From a virus, in IMG/VR virus record IMGVR_UViG_3300032323_001387, positions 64,001-128,000 of that record: DNA of 64,000 nt. One strand, written 5' to 3'. Shown in pieces: positions 48,314 to 57,307 of the stretch. The number at the start of each line of letters is the position of its first letter. The first letter of the stretch is position 1. The position numbers and the translations under genes were made by a program. The notes below the pieces were generated by a model. The model was not told the DNA's origin, did not search any database, and saw only the letters and a list, made by a program, of their open reading frames with translations.

Positions 48314-48954
48314 ACTATAATGAAATTCGATTAGCAATTTGTATCCCTACCAGGGATACAATGCACAGTGGTTGCACGTATTCGCTGTATAATCTTTCGC
48401 AAAAGCTAACCGAACACGATATAGATCATAAATTATTTTTAAGTCCAGGAACACTAATAGCAAACCAACGGCATGAATTAGTATTATCTGCAATAGAATG
48501 GGGTGCTACTCATGTCATGTTTATTGACAGTGACATAGAGTTTCAACCCTATCATGTATTTGATTTATTGGAATTCAATGAATTAATTGTAGGAGCTGCA
48601 TATAGTAAACGAGTTGAACCGTTTATAACAACAGCTTGGCATAAAATATACGATTGGAATTCACACGTAGATGTAACTACGCAAACCGATAGCCATATAC
48701 AAGTAGAATGTATGGCGCTAGGTTTTTGTTTAATTAATACATCTGTATTTGAACAACTAGAACTGCCATGGTTTATATTAGGCTACAATAAAGAAGTGCA
48801 TCAATATACAGGCGAGGATATTGAATTTTTTAGGCAATGCAATGACGTCGGAATTCCGATTTGGCTTGATATAGCTACTACCTGCGAACTAGGACATTTA
48901 GGAACAAAATCATTTAAAGTTGCTGGCGGTATCGAAGTAGACCCTGCCATTTAG
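48310..48954 (+). CDS. Glycosyltransferase, GT-A fold (family 2-like)
   Basis: ICIPT, THVMFIDSD (DxD), LGFCLI, GEDIEF, GHLG. Confidence 0.8.
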   Translation: MNYNEIRLAICIPTRDTMHSGCTYSLYNLSQKLTEHDIDHKLFLSPGTLIANQRHELVLSAIEWGATHVMFIDSDIEFQPYHVFDLLEFNELIVGAAYSKRVEPFITTAWHKIYDWNSHVDVTTQTDSHIQVECMALGFCLINTSVFEQLELPWFILGYNKEVHQYTGEDIEFFRQCNDVGIPIWLDIATTCELGHLGTKSFKVAGGIEVDPAI

Positions 48955-49300
48955 TATTCCATCTGTTTAGTTTAAGTATGTTAGCTTCTGCAGATACTAT
49001 ATTATCTTTATCTGCAAAATATCGTTGAACTGCAAGATCCTTTTCTGTATTGTCAATAAGCATGTTCAATGTGTTATCTTTAGTAGACAATAGTAACTTT
49101 ATAATGGGATGATCCATGTCTTCTAGATTTAGTAAATGCTGAGTTTGTAAATACCAACGTTCTACGTAACTTATTTCAGGTTTAAATAAAGTATTCAGCA
49201 ACGGATTGTTTAGCCGCACATCCCAGCAATAGTATAAGTCTAATGATCTAGCGACTTTAAGAGGTTGTTCCTTTTTGGGAAATGGTATTATTTCTGCCAT
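48914..49300 (-). CDS. Hypothetical protein (128 aa)
   Basis: MAEIIPFPKK start; last gene of a minus-strand operon. Confidence 0.65.
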   Translation of the reverse strand: MAEIIPFPKKEQPLKVARSLDLYYCWDVRLNNPLLNTLFKPEISYVERWYLQTQHLLNLEDMDHPIIKLLLSTKDNTLNMLIDNTEKDLAVQRYFADKDNIVSAEANILKLNRWNTKWQGLLRYRQQL

Positions 49301-49730
49301 TCTTTTTGTCCATCCAATTATAAAAATTCTTAAACTTTTCTTTCAACCGTTTTGAACTCAACATCTGCCTAGTCTTTGGATGTAAAGGGCCAGGCAAGTG
49401 ATCTATATCGGTCCATGCATATCCTATATTCTCTTCGTTCAGCTCTGGTATAAACTCTTTATTAACTAATACAATATATGTGTCGTAGACAAAATCTTTA
49501 CTACGACTATGATAACTATGCAACGGTATTATTTTTTTAATTTTTGTTAGTTGTAATTCTTCTTGTAACTCTCTCTTTAACGCATCTATAGGTTGTTCAT
49601 CGGATTCTACTTTACCGCCAGCAAAGGTCCAAGTGTTAGGATGACTTTCAGTAGGGCTTCTTAGAACAGACATAACTTTATTAGTTTGCTCACTGAGAAT
49701 AATTGCACCTACACCTTTAAACTGCTTCAC
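49257..49730 (-). CDS. Nudix hydrolase
   Basis: Nudix box GGKVESDEQPIDALKRELQEEL; probable GTG start at 49730 overlapping the upstream TGA. Confidence 0.88.
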   Translation of the reverse strand: MKQFKGVGAIILSEQTNKVMSVLRSPTESHPNTWTFAGGKVESDEQPIDALKRELQEELQLTKIKKIIPLHSYHSRSKDFVYDTYIVLVNKEFIPELNEENIGYAWTDIDHLPGPLHPKTRQMLSSKRLKEKFKNFYNWMDKKNGRNNTISQKGTTS

Positions 49731-51085
49731 AGATATAATCTCCACCATCCATTTTGATAAGTTCCTTCAACAGCACTGATCCATTGACCATTTCGCCATT
49801 CATATGTTAAACTCGTTGTAGTATTTAACACCACAGCATTAGAATTGCTAGTACTATCAAATGACACAGTCCATGTACTTCCGTTGTATTGTATAATGTC
49901 ATTGGCTCTAGCATTTACTATACCCCAGTATGAATTGTTAGGAACATCTTCTAAAATTAAGTAACGTTGCCCTGTAATAGCTGCTGGTAAATTTTTTCCT
50001 GGAGCACTTTTACTAGGATTAATAATAGCATTAACTGCGGCTTCTGTAGATGGAGGTAAACTATCGCTGTCCACAGATATGTAAGCAACATTTGATTTAG
50101 TAGGATCTTCATCCAAACTATCTATTACTGCAACAATGTCAGAACTAGGGTCACTGGGATCTATACCACGACGTAATCTTAGATTACTAATACCAGACTT
50201 CATTTCACCGAATGGTTTAAGTATATTTGCCCAACTTAATAAATCGCCATTACTATCAGTGCCACCTCCTGCACTGTTTAATATTATTGCTCGATCACCT
50301 GTAATTTGTAATTGTAATTTTAAATTTTCAAAAGTAACAACTACCCATTCCTTGTTAGGAACAGGATCGCTGGGATTCCAATCTAACATACTATCGTTCT
50401 GCTTCTTTTTAATTTCAGTAAGGATGGTATGAATAAGTGTTTGTCGTTTAACTTTAGCAGGAGGATTGATTAGAATAGGCAATGTAAAGTTTAATGCGGC
50501 AACATCAATGATGTCATCAGTACCTTGCGGCACACTTCTAACAGTCCAAACTACGTTAACTAATTCTGTGTAAGTTAAGTTACTCCAGTCAAATTGATTG
50601 TCGTTGGTTTTTAAGTTAATACTAGGATTGAACAATACTAATAATTGTTCCATTAGTTGTAGTTTTTGATCTGTATTGCTGGTCCATATATCCACTTGAA
50701 CAGTCAAGTCATATGGTACAGGCATATAGCGTTCGATGGTATAAGTGTTGCCTACTTCACCTTCTAAATATTGTCCAGTAACGTTGTCAAACTTCTTTTC
50801 ATAAACACGTTGAGTATCTACGTGTGTAGGGTTTGTTCTACGTTCTGCACTAATTTGTAAATCAGTTACATAGCAACTGATAAATGGTACAGTATTGATA
50901 GCATTCTCACTTTGGTTCTTTAGTATGTGTGCAGCCATACGATTAATATCACCATAGCGTACTGGCACTTGAATGTAGCTTTCATTGCCATCTCTGTCTT
51001 TGCCAGTTTTGACACTAAACCCACCTAAGATCCGCATAAATTGCAGTAAGTATTTTCTTATTTGTTCATCGTAAAAATATTGCAT
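49727..51085 (-). CDS. Tail terminator / sheath stabiliser, T4 gp15-like, with C-terminal extension
   Basis: YFYDEQIRKYLLQF...VPVRYG...MPVPYDL...QKLQLMEQLLVLFNP. Confidence 0.82.
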   Translation of the reverse strand: MQYFYDEQIRKYLLQFMRILGGFSVKTGKDRDGNESYIQVPVRYGDINRMAAHILKNQSENAINTVPFISCYVTDLQISAERRTNPTHVDTQRVYEKKFDNVTGQYLEGEVGNTYTIERYMPVPYDLTVQVDIWTSNTDQKLQLMEQLLVLFNPSINLKTNDNQFDWSNLTYTELVNVVWTVRSVPQGTDDIIDVAALNFTLPILINPPAKVKRQTLIHTILTEIKKKQNDSMLDWNPSDPVPNKEWVVVTFENLKLQLQITGDRAIILNSAGGGTDSNGDLLSWANILKPFGEMKSGISNLRLRRGIDPSDPSSDIVAVIDSLDEDPTKSNVAYISVDSDSLPPSTEAAVNAIINPSKSAPGKNLPAAITGQRYLILEDVPNNSYWGIVNARANDIIQYNGSTWTVSFDSTSNSNAVVLNTTTSLTYEWRNGQWISAVEGTYQNGWWRLYL

Positions 51086-51087
51086 GG

Positions 51088-52140
51088 TTAATCTGCCTTG
51101 GGTTTAACTACTTGACTTAATGCTTGACGTTCTGGCATTTCCTTACCGCCTACAACAGTTATGTTATCATTATTAATAAATCCAGCACCGTTGAGAACTT
51201 TGTCTCGCAGATCAACTGGACCGTTTGGTGTATTGATTCGTTGCCAACGAGTGCCACGATAAGCAAACATTGCAGGCGGTTGATAGTCAGTGCGTAAGAA
51301 GAAATCTCCTTGATGTGGATTTAGAGGGAAACTCAATCCTTCATTTAATGCTTCACCATGATCATATGTTGGATTTGCATCGCGCTGATAATTCTTACTA
51401 GTATCTTGTAATCCGTCTGTATTGGCTGTATTATCTAATATGTTGGGAGATAGCTGTTCACCTCGAGCAACAATAGCATTAGATATTTCTAATTCTTTTT
51501 GATATGTACTTAACGCATCTTTTAATGTATCGTTGCCATAGTCATTGGCTTTGTTTTGTAAAATATCTCTGTACTCTTGAGCATCTGTCATCGGACTTGC
51601 TTTAATGCGCCAGATGTGTGGATACCAAGTTTGACTAAAACCTTCAGCGGCACGACTAGCATCTTGAACAACATAAAATTTATTTACAGCTGGTTTGCTT
51701 TGATCTAACAATAGGTCGTCTCTAATATGTGGTAGTTCAATGACATCACCTGCCATTAGTTTTCTACCCATGCGTTCAACCATGTCATTGGTATGTAAAC
51801 TGATAAAAATAGTGTCAGCACTTAGAAACAATCCAAACTGAGTTAGGTCAAAGTCTTGATCTCCTACGTTATAAACTCCTCGAAGTTCATAGACGTCTGG
51901 ATCATAAATCCTATCACGATTCTCTAAGAACAATAAGTCTTGAATTTTAGTTTCGTTGAGTACGTCGTCGGCCTTGTAGTTAGGCTTGGTTGGATCAGTA
52001 CTGGCGCCCTGATCTGCTGGTTGTAAATATTTGTGTACTAACACGCCAGTCCCGCCTACCATAAATTGTTCGCGGATAAGTCTATCCATGAAATGGTAGT
52101 CGTTGGTTTTTTCGGATTTCCACAGGCTTAGTCTTGGCAT
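51088..52140 (-). CDS. Neck / head-closure protein, T4 gp14-like
   Basis: IQDLLFLENRDR...FDLTQFGLFL...GDVIELPH; synteny with gp15-like gene. Confidence 0.72.
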   Translation of the reverse strand: MPRLSLWKSEKTNDYHFMDRLIREQFMVGGTGVLVHKYLQPADQGASTDPTKPNYKADDVLNETKIQDLLFLENRDRIYDPDVYELRGVYNVGDQDFDLTQFGLFLSADTIFISLHTNDMVERMGRKLMAGDVIELPHIRDDLLLDQSKPAVNKFYVVQDASRAAEGFSQTWYPHIWRIKASPMTDAQEYRDILQNKANDYGNDTLKDALSTYQKELEISNAIVARGEQLSPNILDNTANTDGLQDTSKNYQRDANPTYDHGEALNEGLSFPLNPHQGDFFLRTDYQPPAMFAYRGTRWQRINTPNGPVDLRDKVLNGAGFINNDNITVVGGKEMPERQALSQVVKPKAD

Positions 52141-52232
52141 AATGTACTATTTACCTAAAGTTTTTCTTTGGCTATCTTTTAAATTACTGTGTTTCGTATA
52201 AATAGTTACAATACACTTTAAAGGATTTTATC

Positions 52233-52880
52233 ATGACTATTACAGATAACTGGGTAAAAGTTTTCCCTGCGAACACATTAGGAACTCCAGAATTGGCATA
52301 TTTCGTAGTTGATATAGGCACAGATATTGAAACAAACTACACAGCAAGTGATAGCTTGTATTCTAAAGCAGTTAGAGCACTACAGTTAAAAACAGACTTA
52401 TATATGGTAGGCGTACCAGACGGTAACATCTTTACATTTGCCGCTAGAGTATCATCTATCCCAGGTGCAGTTGCTGGCTCAATATCCGGCACTATCCCTA
52501 GTTTGGGCGATGACATCGCTGAATTTATCAGTGACGAAACAGTGACAAGTATTTCTGTACGTTCCGGAGGAACTGCCAATGACGTGGGTGACGAATTTGA
52601 ATTCCGTCATGCTTCTTTTGCTACACCATTAAGAGTTCGCGTTACAGCATCTAACTCAGGTGTTGCCACAGCAGTATCGATTGTAAACGGCGGAGTATGG
52701 ACCGATGATAATTCATACCCTGACAATACTACAGCAGGTGGATTTACCAGAGTGCAAGTTGCCGCAGGCCAGGATTGGAATGGCAACAATTTACAAGTCA
52801 ACATTAACTCCTGGGGACTAAGTGATGTTCAAGTTTACAATGCCAGCATTGTAGGCGGCAATCTAGTCTGGAACGACTAA
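52233..52880 (+). CDS. Late-expressed putative structural protein (215 aa)
   Basis: Own TATAAATA promoter (52198-52205), AAGGA RBS and own terminator. Confidence 0.65.
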   Translation: MTITDNWVKVFPANTLGTPELAYFVVDIGTDIETNYTASDSLYSKAVRALQLKTDLYMVGVPDGNIFTFAARVSSIPGAVAGSISGTIPSLGDDIAEFISDETVTSISVRSGGTANDVGDEFEFRHASFATPLRVRVTASNSGVATAVSIVNGGVWTDDNSYPDNTTAGGFTRVQVAAGQDWNGNNLQVNINSWGLSDVQVYNASIVGGNLVWND

Positions 52881-52898
52881 TAAAAACAAAAGTATTAC

Positions 52899-52921
52899 AA
52901 ACCCGCTTCGGCGGGTTTTTT
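52899..52921 (+). terminator. Intrinsic terminator, UUCG loop
   Basis: AAACCCGC-TTCG-GCGGGTTTTT. Confidence 0.9.
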
Positions 52922-52922
52922 A

Positions 52923-52951
52923 TTGACACAAATTGGTTTTGGTAATATAAT
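52923..52951 (+). promoter_or_regulatory. Sigma70-type early promoter
   Basis: TTGACA-17-TATAAT perfect consensus. Confidence 0.82.
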
Positions 52952-52979
52952 ACACTTATAGACAGTAAAAAGGTCCAGA

Positions 52980-53417
52980 ATGGAATATAAAGTCGAAGCA
53001 ACTAGCCAAAAAATACAAAAGTTTTTGGAATCACTGATGCCTTCGTTTATTGAACAACTTGGGTTGACTAACAGTAAACGAGCAGTTCTAGTAAAAGTCA
53101 CAAAAGATTTGGAAAAAGAGTTCCAAGGCTCTACTATGAACATTGAGTTCGCTGATTGTATGCTAGTGTTGATCAGGGCGCCCAAAAGAATCACCCCAAT
53201 GGCTTTAATAGAAATGGCTACTACTTTAGCACACGAAATGGTACACGTAAGGCAGCTGGCCAAAGGTATTATGCGTTTCGACCGCGGCGATGTAAGATAT
53301 TGGAAAGGCAAAAGGTATACCAAAAAAACCAAGTATTTGGACATGCCATGGGAAATAGATGCCTTTTCAAAGCAAGAACTTTTGGTGCGCCGCGCATTTG
53401 AAATTGACACAAAATAG
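52980..53417 (+). CDS. Zinc metallopeptidase-like protein (HExxH)
   Basis: TTLAHEMVHVRQ...YLDMPWEIDA. Confidence 0.78.
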   Translation: MEYKVEATSQKIQKFLESLMPSFIEQLGLTNSKRAVLVKVTKDLEKEFQGSTMNIEFADCMLVLIRAPKRITPMALIEMATTLAHEMVHVRQLAKGIMRFDRGDVRYWKGKRYTKKTKYLDMPWEIDAFSKQELLVRRAFEIDTK

Positions 53418-53432
53418 AAGTTAGCATATAAT
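53404..53432 (+). promoter_or_regulatory. Sigma70-type early promoter
   Basis: TTGACA-17-TATAAT perfect consensus. Confidence 0.82.
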
Positions 53433-53454
53433 TACATTTTACCTAGGAGTAAAC

Positions 53455-54651
53455 ATGGCTACAAAAAGACCCGTTAAACAAGCAAGCTCGGATAAATTGG
53501 CTTGGCGTTTTGAACCGCCTGCTAAAACCGTTGCCTATCGAGAAGTTGATTCTAAGTATGTGGGCGAAGAACCAACTTACCCCAGCGTAGAAGAACAACA
53601 GGCTTGGACTGCCAGCGAGTATAAAACACAGATCCTGCGTTCACTGAATTGGTATGCACATACACAGGATAAAAAGAAAAGTGCAGAATGGCTAGTTCAA
53701 TTCCTTGCACGTAATCCACGCCGCCAAAAATTAGCAGAAGCAGTCAAGCGTGGAGACATTTGGCCAGGCCCCACAGTTGGTTTTGCGCTAAGAGCAGGCC
53801 GAGTTGGACTCGCATTGCGATTCGGTACACTTCGTACTCTTGTTAAACAGCTTAAACAAGCAGACGTTGGCATTGACACTAGTAATCAAGTCGCCGAAGT
53901 CGTTGTAGATGACAAGCCAAAGTTCAATATCCAAGAACGTATGGCTGAAAAGACAGCAGAATTCCTGGGAGAACTCGAAGGTCGTTTTGATGACTTTATG
54001 GCTGAGTTCAAAGGCGAACCCAAGCTAGTCGAATTGATGACTTCGATGAACGTTCCTGCCGTACAGGTTAAAACAGTACAAGAGTTTATTAACAAAAAGA
54101 TTGCAGAGTTTGAAGAAGTTAACTCTAGCAAAGATCCGCAGGTATTGGAAGCATATAAGCATCTAGGCAAGCGCCAAGTCAATACCATTATCAAATGGTG
54201 GACACAGGCTTTGGCAGACGCTAACAGCTACAACGTAGTTAAAAAAGCCAGCAAGGCTCCGCGTAAAAAGAAAGCAGTTACACCTGAAAAAGTTGTAGCC
54301 AAGTTGAAGTACGCAAAAGAGTTTAAAGAACTTAGTCTCAAAAGTGCGGACCCAACTACAATTCTCACGGCGCAAGAACTTTGGGTGTATAACACAAAGA
54401 CACGTAAGCTGGGTATCTACATTGCAGATCAATATGCAGGCGCATTGACAGTTAAGAATAGTGCTATTGTAGGTTTTGATGCTAATGCAAGTGTACAAAA
54501 GACATTGCGTAAGCCCAAAGATCAACTTAAAGAGTTTAGTGCTAACGGCAAGCCGGCCGCTAAGAAATGGTTTAAAGGTATTAAAGCTACAGAAATCAAA
54601 CTTAATGGCCGTATAAGTACTGATATCGTCTTGTTAAAGGTTTACAAATGA
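53455..54651 (+). CDS. Hypothetical basic protein (398 aa)
   Basis: AGGAG RBS; long ORF; function not recognised. Confidence 0.75.
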   Translation: MATKRPVKQASSDKLAWRFEPPAKTVAYREVDSKYVGEEPTYPSVEEQQAWTASEYKTQILRSLNWYAHTQDKKKSAEWLVQFLARNPRRQKLAEAVKRGDIWPGPTVGFALRAGRVGLALRFGTLRTLVKQLKQADVGIDTSNQVAEVVVDDKPKFNIQERMAEKTAEFLGELEGRFDDFMAEFKGEPKLVELMTSMNVPAVQVKTVQEFINKKIAEFEEVNSSKDPQVLEAYKHLGKRQVNTIIKWWTQALADANSYNVVKKASKAPRKKKAVTPEKVVAKLKYAKEFKELSLKSADPTTILTAQELWVYNTKTRKLGIYIADQYAGALTVKNSAIVGFDANASVQKTLRKPKDQLKEFSANGKPAAKKWFKGIKATEIKLNGRISTDIVLLKVYK

Positions 54652-55814
54652 AAACACAATTAATTGCCACAGTTCTTATTTCATTATTAACCGGATGTTC
54701 GCTAACTGCTTGTGGAGGCAGCGGCAATAATAAGGCAACAGCGCCTAATGACCCTCCGCCTATTATAAATGCAGATACAATTAGTTGTCAAGTACAAAAT
54801 CCTTTAACACTATTAAATGCAGAACCCGTATATAATTTCTCGGGCCTGAATAGTAACTGGTATAATTCTAAAAGTGTTCCGGGCGCAGAATCAAGTCAAA
54901 ATTTTGTAATTGCTTTTTCTAACTTTTCGGCAGTTGCAAAAGAGAAAAATGATGCGGCTTTAAAATCTACATTGGTATCGAATCTTCATCGCTGGGCAGT
55001 AGCAGACGCATTTAAAGGTAGCAGGCTTTGCTGGAATCCCACAACAGGCTGGGATAGTACTTGTACCCAATGGGTTGATCCAAATGGCAATGATTTGAGT
55101 GCCATTCAAGACAATAACTTTATCATGGAGATGGTGGAATCTATTAGACCTTCTTACAGTCTTATATCGGACTGGGCCAAAGAAAATGAGCCAACTAAAC
55201 ATGCCAAAATTATGAGTTGGTTAGATTTTTGGGATGAAAATACACCAAATCCCGACAATGTATTTTTTGGACTAGGAATGGGAAGATACCATTGGGAAAT
55301 ACGGCGTATTACTGATAAATCCGGCGTTGCGGCAACTACTCCATTGGTTCGTAGATTAATGCAGGATATTTTACTGCTAGTCAACGAAGACGGTTCCATT
55401 AGAGATAGAACAACCCGTGGAAATAGAGCTATGTGGTATCATTATTCCTCGCTCAACGAAATCATGACATCTATGTATTTGGCTAAACTAGCTGGTGTTG
55501 CAATAGATCCTGTGCTGGAAAATAGACTGCATAAAGCAGTTGAATTATTTCTCAATACATTAGATAATCCTGCACATATTGTTAAATGGGCAAATACAGG
55601 ACATAACAACGGCGGAGATGGCACTGCACAAAACTTTAATTTTGCCGATTGGTATAACCAACCCTATGCAGGATCGTGGATTTATTTGTATGTAAATTGG
55701 TATCCTTCTAACAATAATACAGCAAGGCTGTCACAAAAAGTTCCTTTAAATTCTGCAAAATCAGCAAGTCAGGACAGGCAATTTGGTATACCTTTAGGTT
55801 GTTTGCTTTTTTAA
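54648..55814 (+). CDS. Lipoprotein with alginate-lyase-like (alpha/alpha) domain
   Basis: Signal peptide with lipobox-like LTGC/LTAC; VNEDGS...RGNRAMWYHYSSL resembles the DGS...RG.R...YH motif of alginate lyases. Confidence 0.6.
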   Translation: MKTQLIATVLISLLTGCSLTACGGSGNNKATAPNDPPPIINADTISCQVQNPLTLLNAEPVYNFSGLNSNWYNSKSVPGAESSQNFVIAFSNFSAVAKEKNDAALKSTLVSNLHRWAVADAFKGSRLCWNPTTGWDSTCTQWVDPNGNDLSAIQDNNFIMEMVESIRPSYSLISDWAKENEPTKHAKIMSWLDFWDENTPNPDNVFFGLGMGRYHWEIRRITDKSGVAATTPLVRRLMQDILLLVNEDGSIRDRTTRGNRAMWYHYSSLNEIMTSMYLAKLAGVAIDPVLENRLHKAVELFLNTLDNPAHIVKWANTGHNNGGDGTAQNFNFADWYNQPYAGSWIYLYVNWYPSNNNTARLSQKVPLNSAKSASQDRQFGIPLGCLLF

Positions 55815-55825
55815 ATAACAAAACC

Positions 55826-55863
55826 AAAATCTCCCGCTAAATATACATAGCGGGAGATTTTTT
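55826..55863 (+). promoter_or_regulatory. Combined terminator / late promoter / RBS hairpin
   Basis: AAAATCTCCCGCTA-AATATACA-TAGCGGGAGATTTT; TAAATA 55838-55843, GGGAG 55852-55856, T-run before ATG 55864. Confidence 0.78.
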
Positions 55864-56610
55864 ATGAGTATTAAAGACGAAATTACCAAGGACATAGAAC
55901 TTAGACTTGGCGGAGGAATGGTTGATGTAGAATTAGATTCTGCACATTATGACTTGGCTATTAATCAGTCCTTACGCAAATATAGACAGCGTAGTAGTCG
56001 AGCAGTAGCGGAAAAATTTATCCCTATAGATATTAAAGCAGAACAGCAAGAATATCAATTGCCATTGAATGTACAATTGGTTAGGGAAGTAATGCTTCGT
56101 CAAACTGGTACAATGGGTATTAGCCAGACAGGCGTTGACTTTGAACCGTTCAACGCTATGTACCTTAACAATATGTTATTACAGCAATCTTCTAGCTTTG
56201 CTGGATTGATGAATTATGAGTTATATTCAGGACGTCGTGAATTAATGGCTCGTATGTTTGGTGGTTATGTAACATTTACATTTAGCCAAAACGATAAAAA
56301 GATTTTGTTACATCGTAAGTTTAGAGCCGAAGATACAGTATTTGCGTGGTGCTGGGTTGAACGCGATGACGAAGATTTGCTAATAGATCCATATGCCGGT
56401 CCATGGTTAAAGGACTATGCCTTTGCCAAAGCCAAATTTATGTTAGGCGAAGCTCGTGCCAAGTTTGCTACTATCGCTGGCCCGCAAGGCGGAACAAGCT
56501 TAAACGGTGATGCACTGAAAAGCGAAGCGGCAGCAGACCTGGAAAAACTCGAAGAAGATTTAAAGAATTATGTAGACGGCGGCGGCTACGGAGGATTCAT
56601 CATTGGATGA
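55864..56610 (+). CDS. Neck protein, T4 gp13-like
   Basis: IELRLGGGMVDVELD...WLKDYAFAKAK..LGEARAKF..IAGPQGGTSLNGDALK. Confidence 0.88.
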   Translation: MSIKDEITKDIELRLGGGMVDVELDSAHYDLAINQSLRKYRQRSSRAVAEKFIPIDIKAEQQEYQLPLNVQLVREVMLRQTGTMGISQTGVDFEPFNAMYLNNMLLQQSSSFAGLMNYELYSGRRELMARMFGGYVTFTFSQNDKKILLHRKFRAEDTVFAWCWVERDDEDLLIDPYAGPWLKDYAFAKAKFMLGEARAKFATIAGPQGGTSLNGDALKSEAAADLEKLEEDLKNYVDGGGYGGFIIG

Positions 56611-56794
56611 TCTAGCAAAACTCAGAGTACTTGCAGGTGTCGATAAGCAAGCACAAAGTCCAGTCACAGGAGAAATCGGCACAGAAAAAGGAGAGTACCA
56701 GCGTAAGCATAATATTCGACCTGGTACAGATGAATGGTTTAAATTATGGTTTGCTAGACCTTCATTGACTGGCGAAAAACCCATTGACAAATAG
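56603..56794 (+). CDS. Small protein (63 aa) with N-terminal LRVLAGV motif
   Basis: ORF track; GGAGG upstream; NIRPGTDEWFKLWF. Confidence 0.65.
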   Translation: MDDLAKLRVLAGVDKQAQSPVTGEIGTEKGEYQRKHNIRPGTDEWFKLWFARPSLTGEKPIDK

Positions 56795-56812
56795 AAAGTA
56801 CTGCTATATACT
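56784..56812 (+). promoter_or_regulatory. Sigma70-type promoter, probably giving a leaderless mRNA
   Basis: TTGACA-17-TATACT; ATG begins at the 7th nt after the -10 box. Confidence 0.75.
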
Positions 56813-56818
56813 AGTAGT

Positions 56819-57307
56819 ATGAACATTTACCTTGACATGGATGACGTAGTTGCTGACTGGATGAAGGCAGCTCGCGAATATCTAAAAAGACCAAGTTGGG
56901 ATTGGTCACAAATTCTCCCAGACACCGAATGGCGACGTCTTAAAGACAATCAAAGAATGTATCGCCATCTCCCACTTAAACCAGGAGCCAATGAACTAGT
57001 TGATTGGGTCACACAATACTGTAGACGAACAGACTCTGGTTTATTCTTTTTAAGCGCATTGCCTCATAAGAACGATGTACCATGGGCAGTGCAAGACAAA
57101 GTATGGTGGGCGCATGACCACTTTCCGCATATCCCTGTTTTCCTTGGACCATATAGTCATGACAAGTGGGTAAGATGCGAACCAGGAGATATTTTGATTG
57201 ACGATAGACCCAGTAACTGCGAAGAATGGATTCGCGCAGGCGGAAGAGCTCATATGTACAAAAACTGGGAAGATTGTAAAGTGTGGCTAGAGGAGACATT
57301 AAAATGA
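56819..57307 (+). CDS. 5'(3')-deoxyribonucleotidase, HAD superfamily
   Basis: IYLDMDDVVAD motif I, LSA, DK..W, ILIDDR. Confidence 0.85.
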   Translation: MNIYLDMDDVVADWMKAAREYLKRPSWDWSQILPDTEWRRLKDNQRMYRHLPLKPGANELVDWVTQYCRRTDSGLFFLSALPHKNDVPWAVQDKVWWAHDHFPHIPVFLGPYSHDKWVRCEPGDILIDDRPSNCEEWIRAGGRAHMYKNWEDCKVWLEETLK

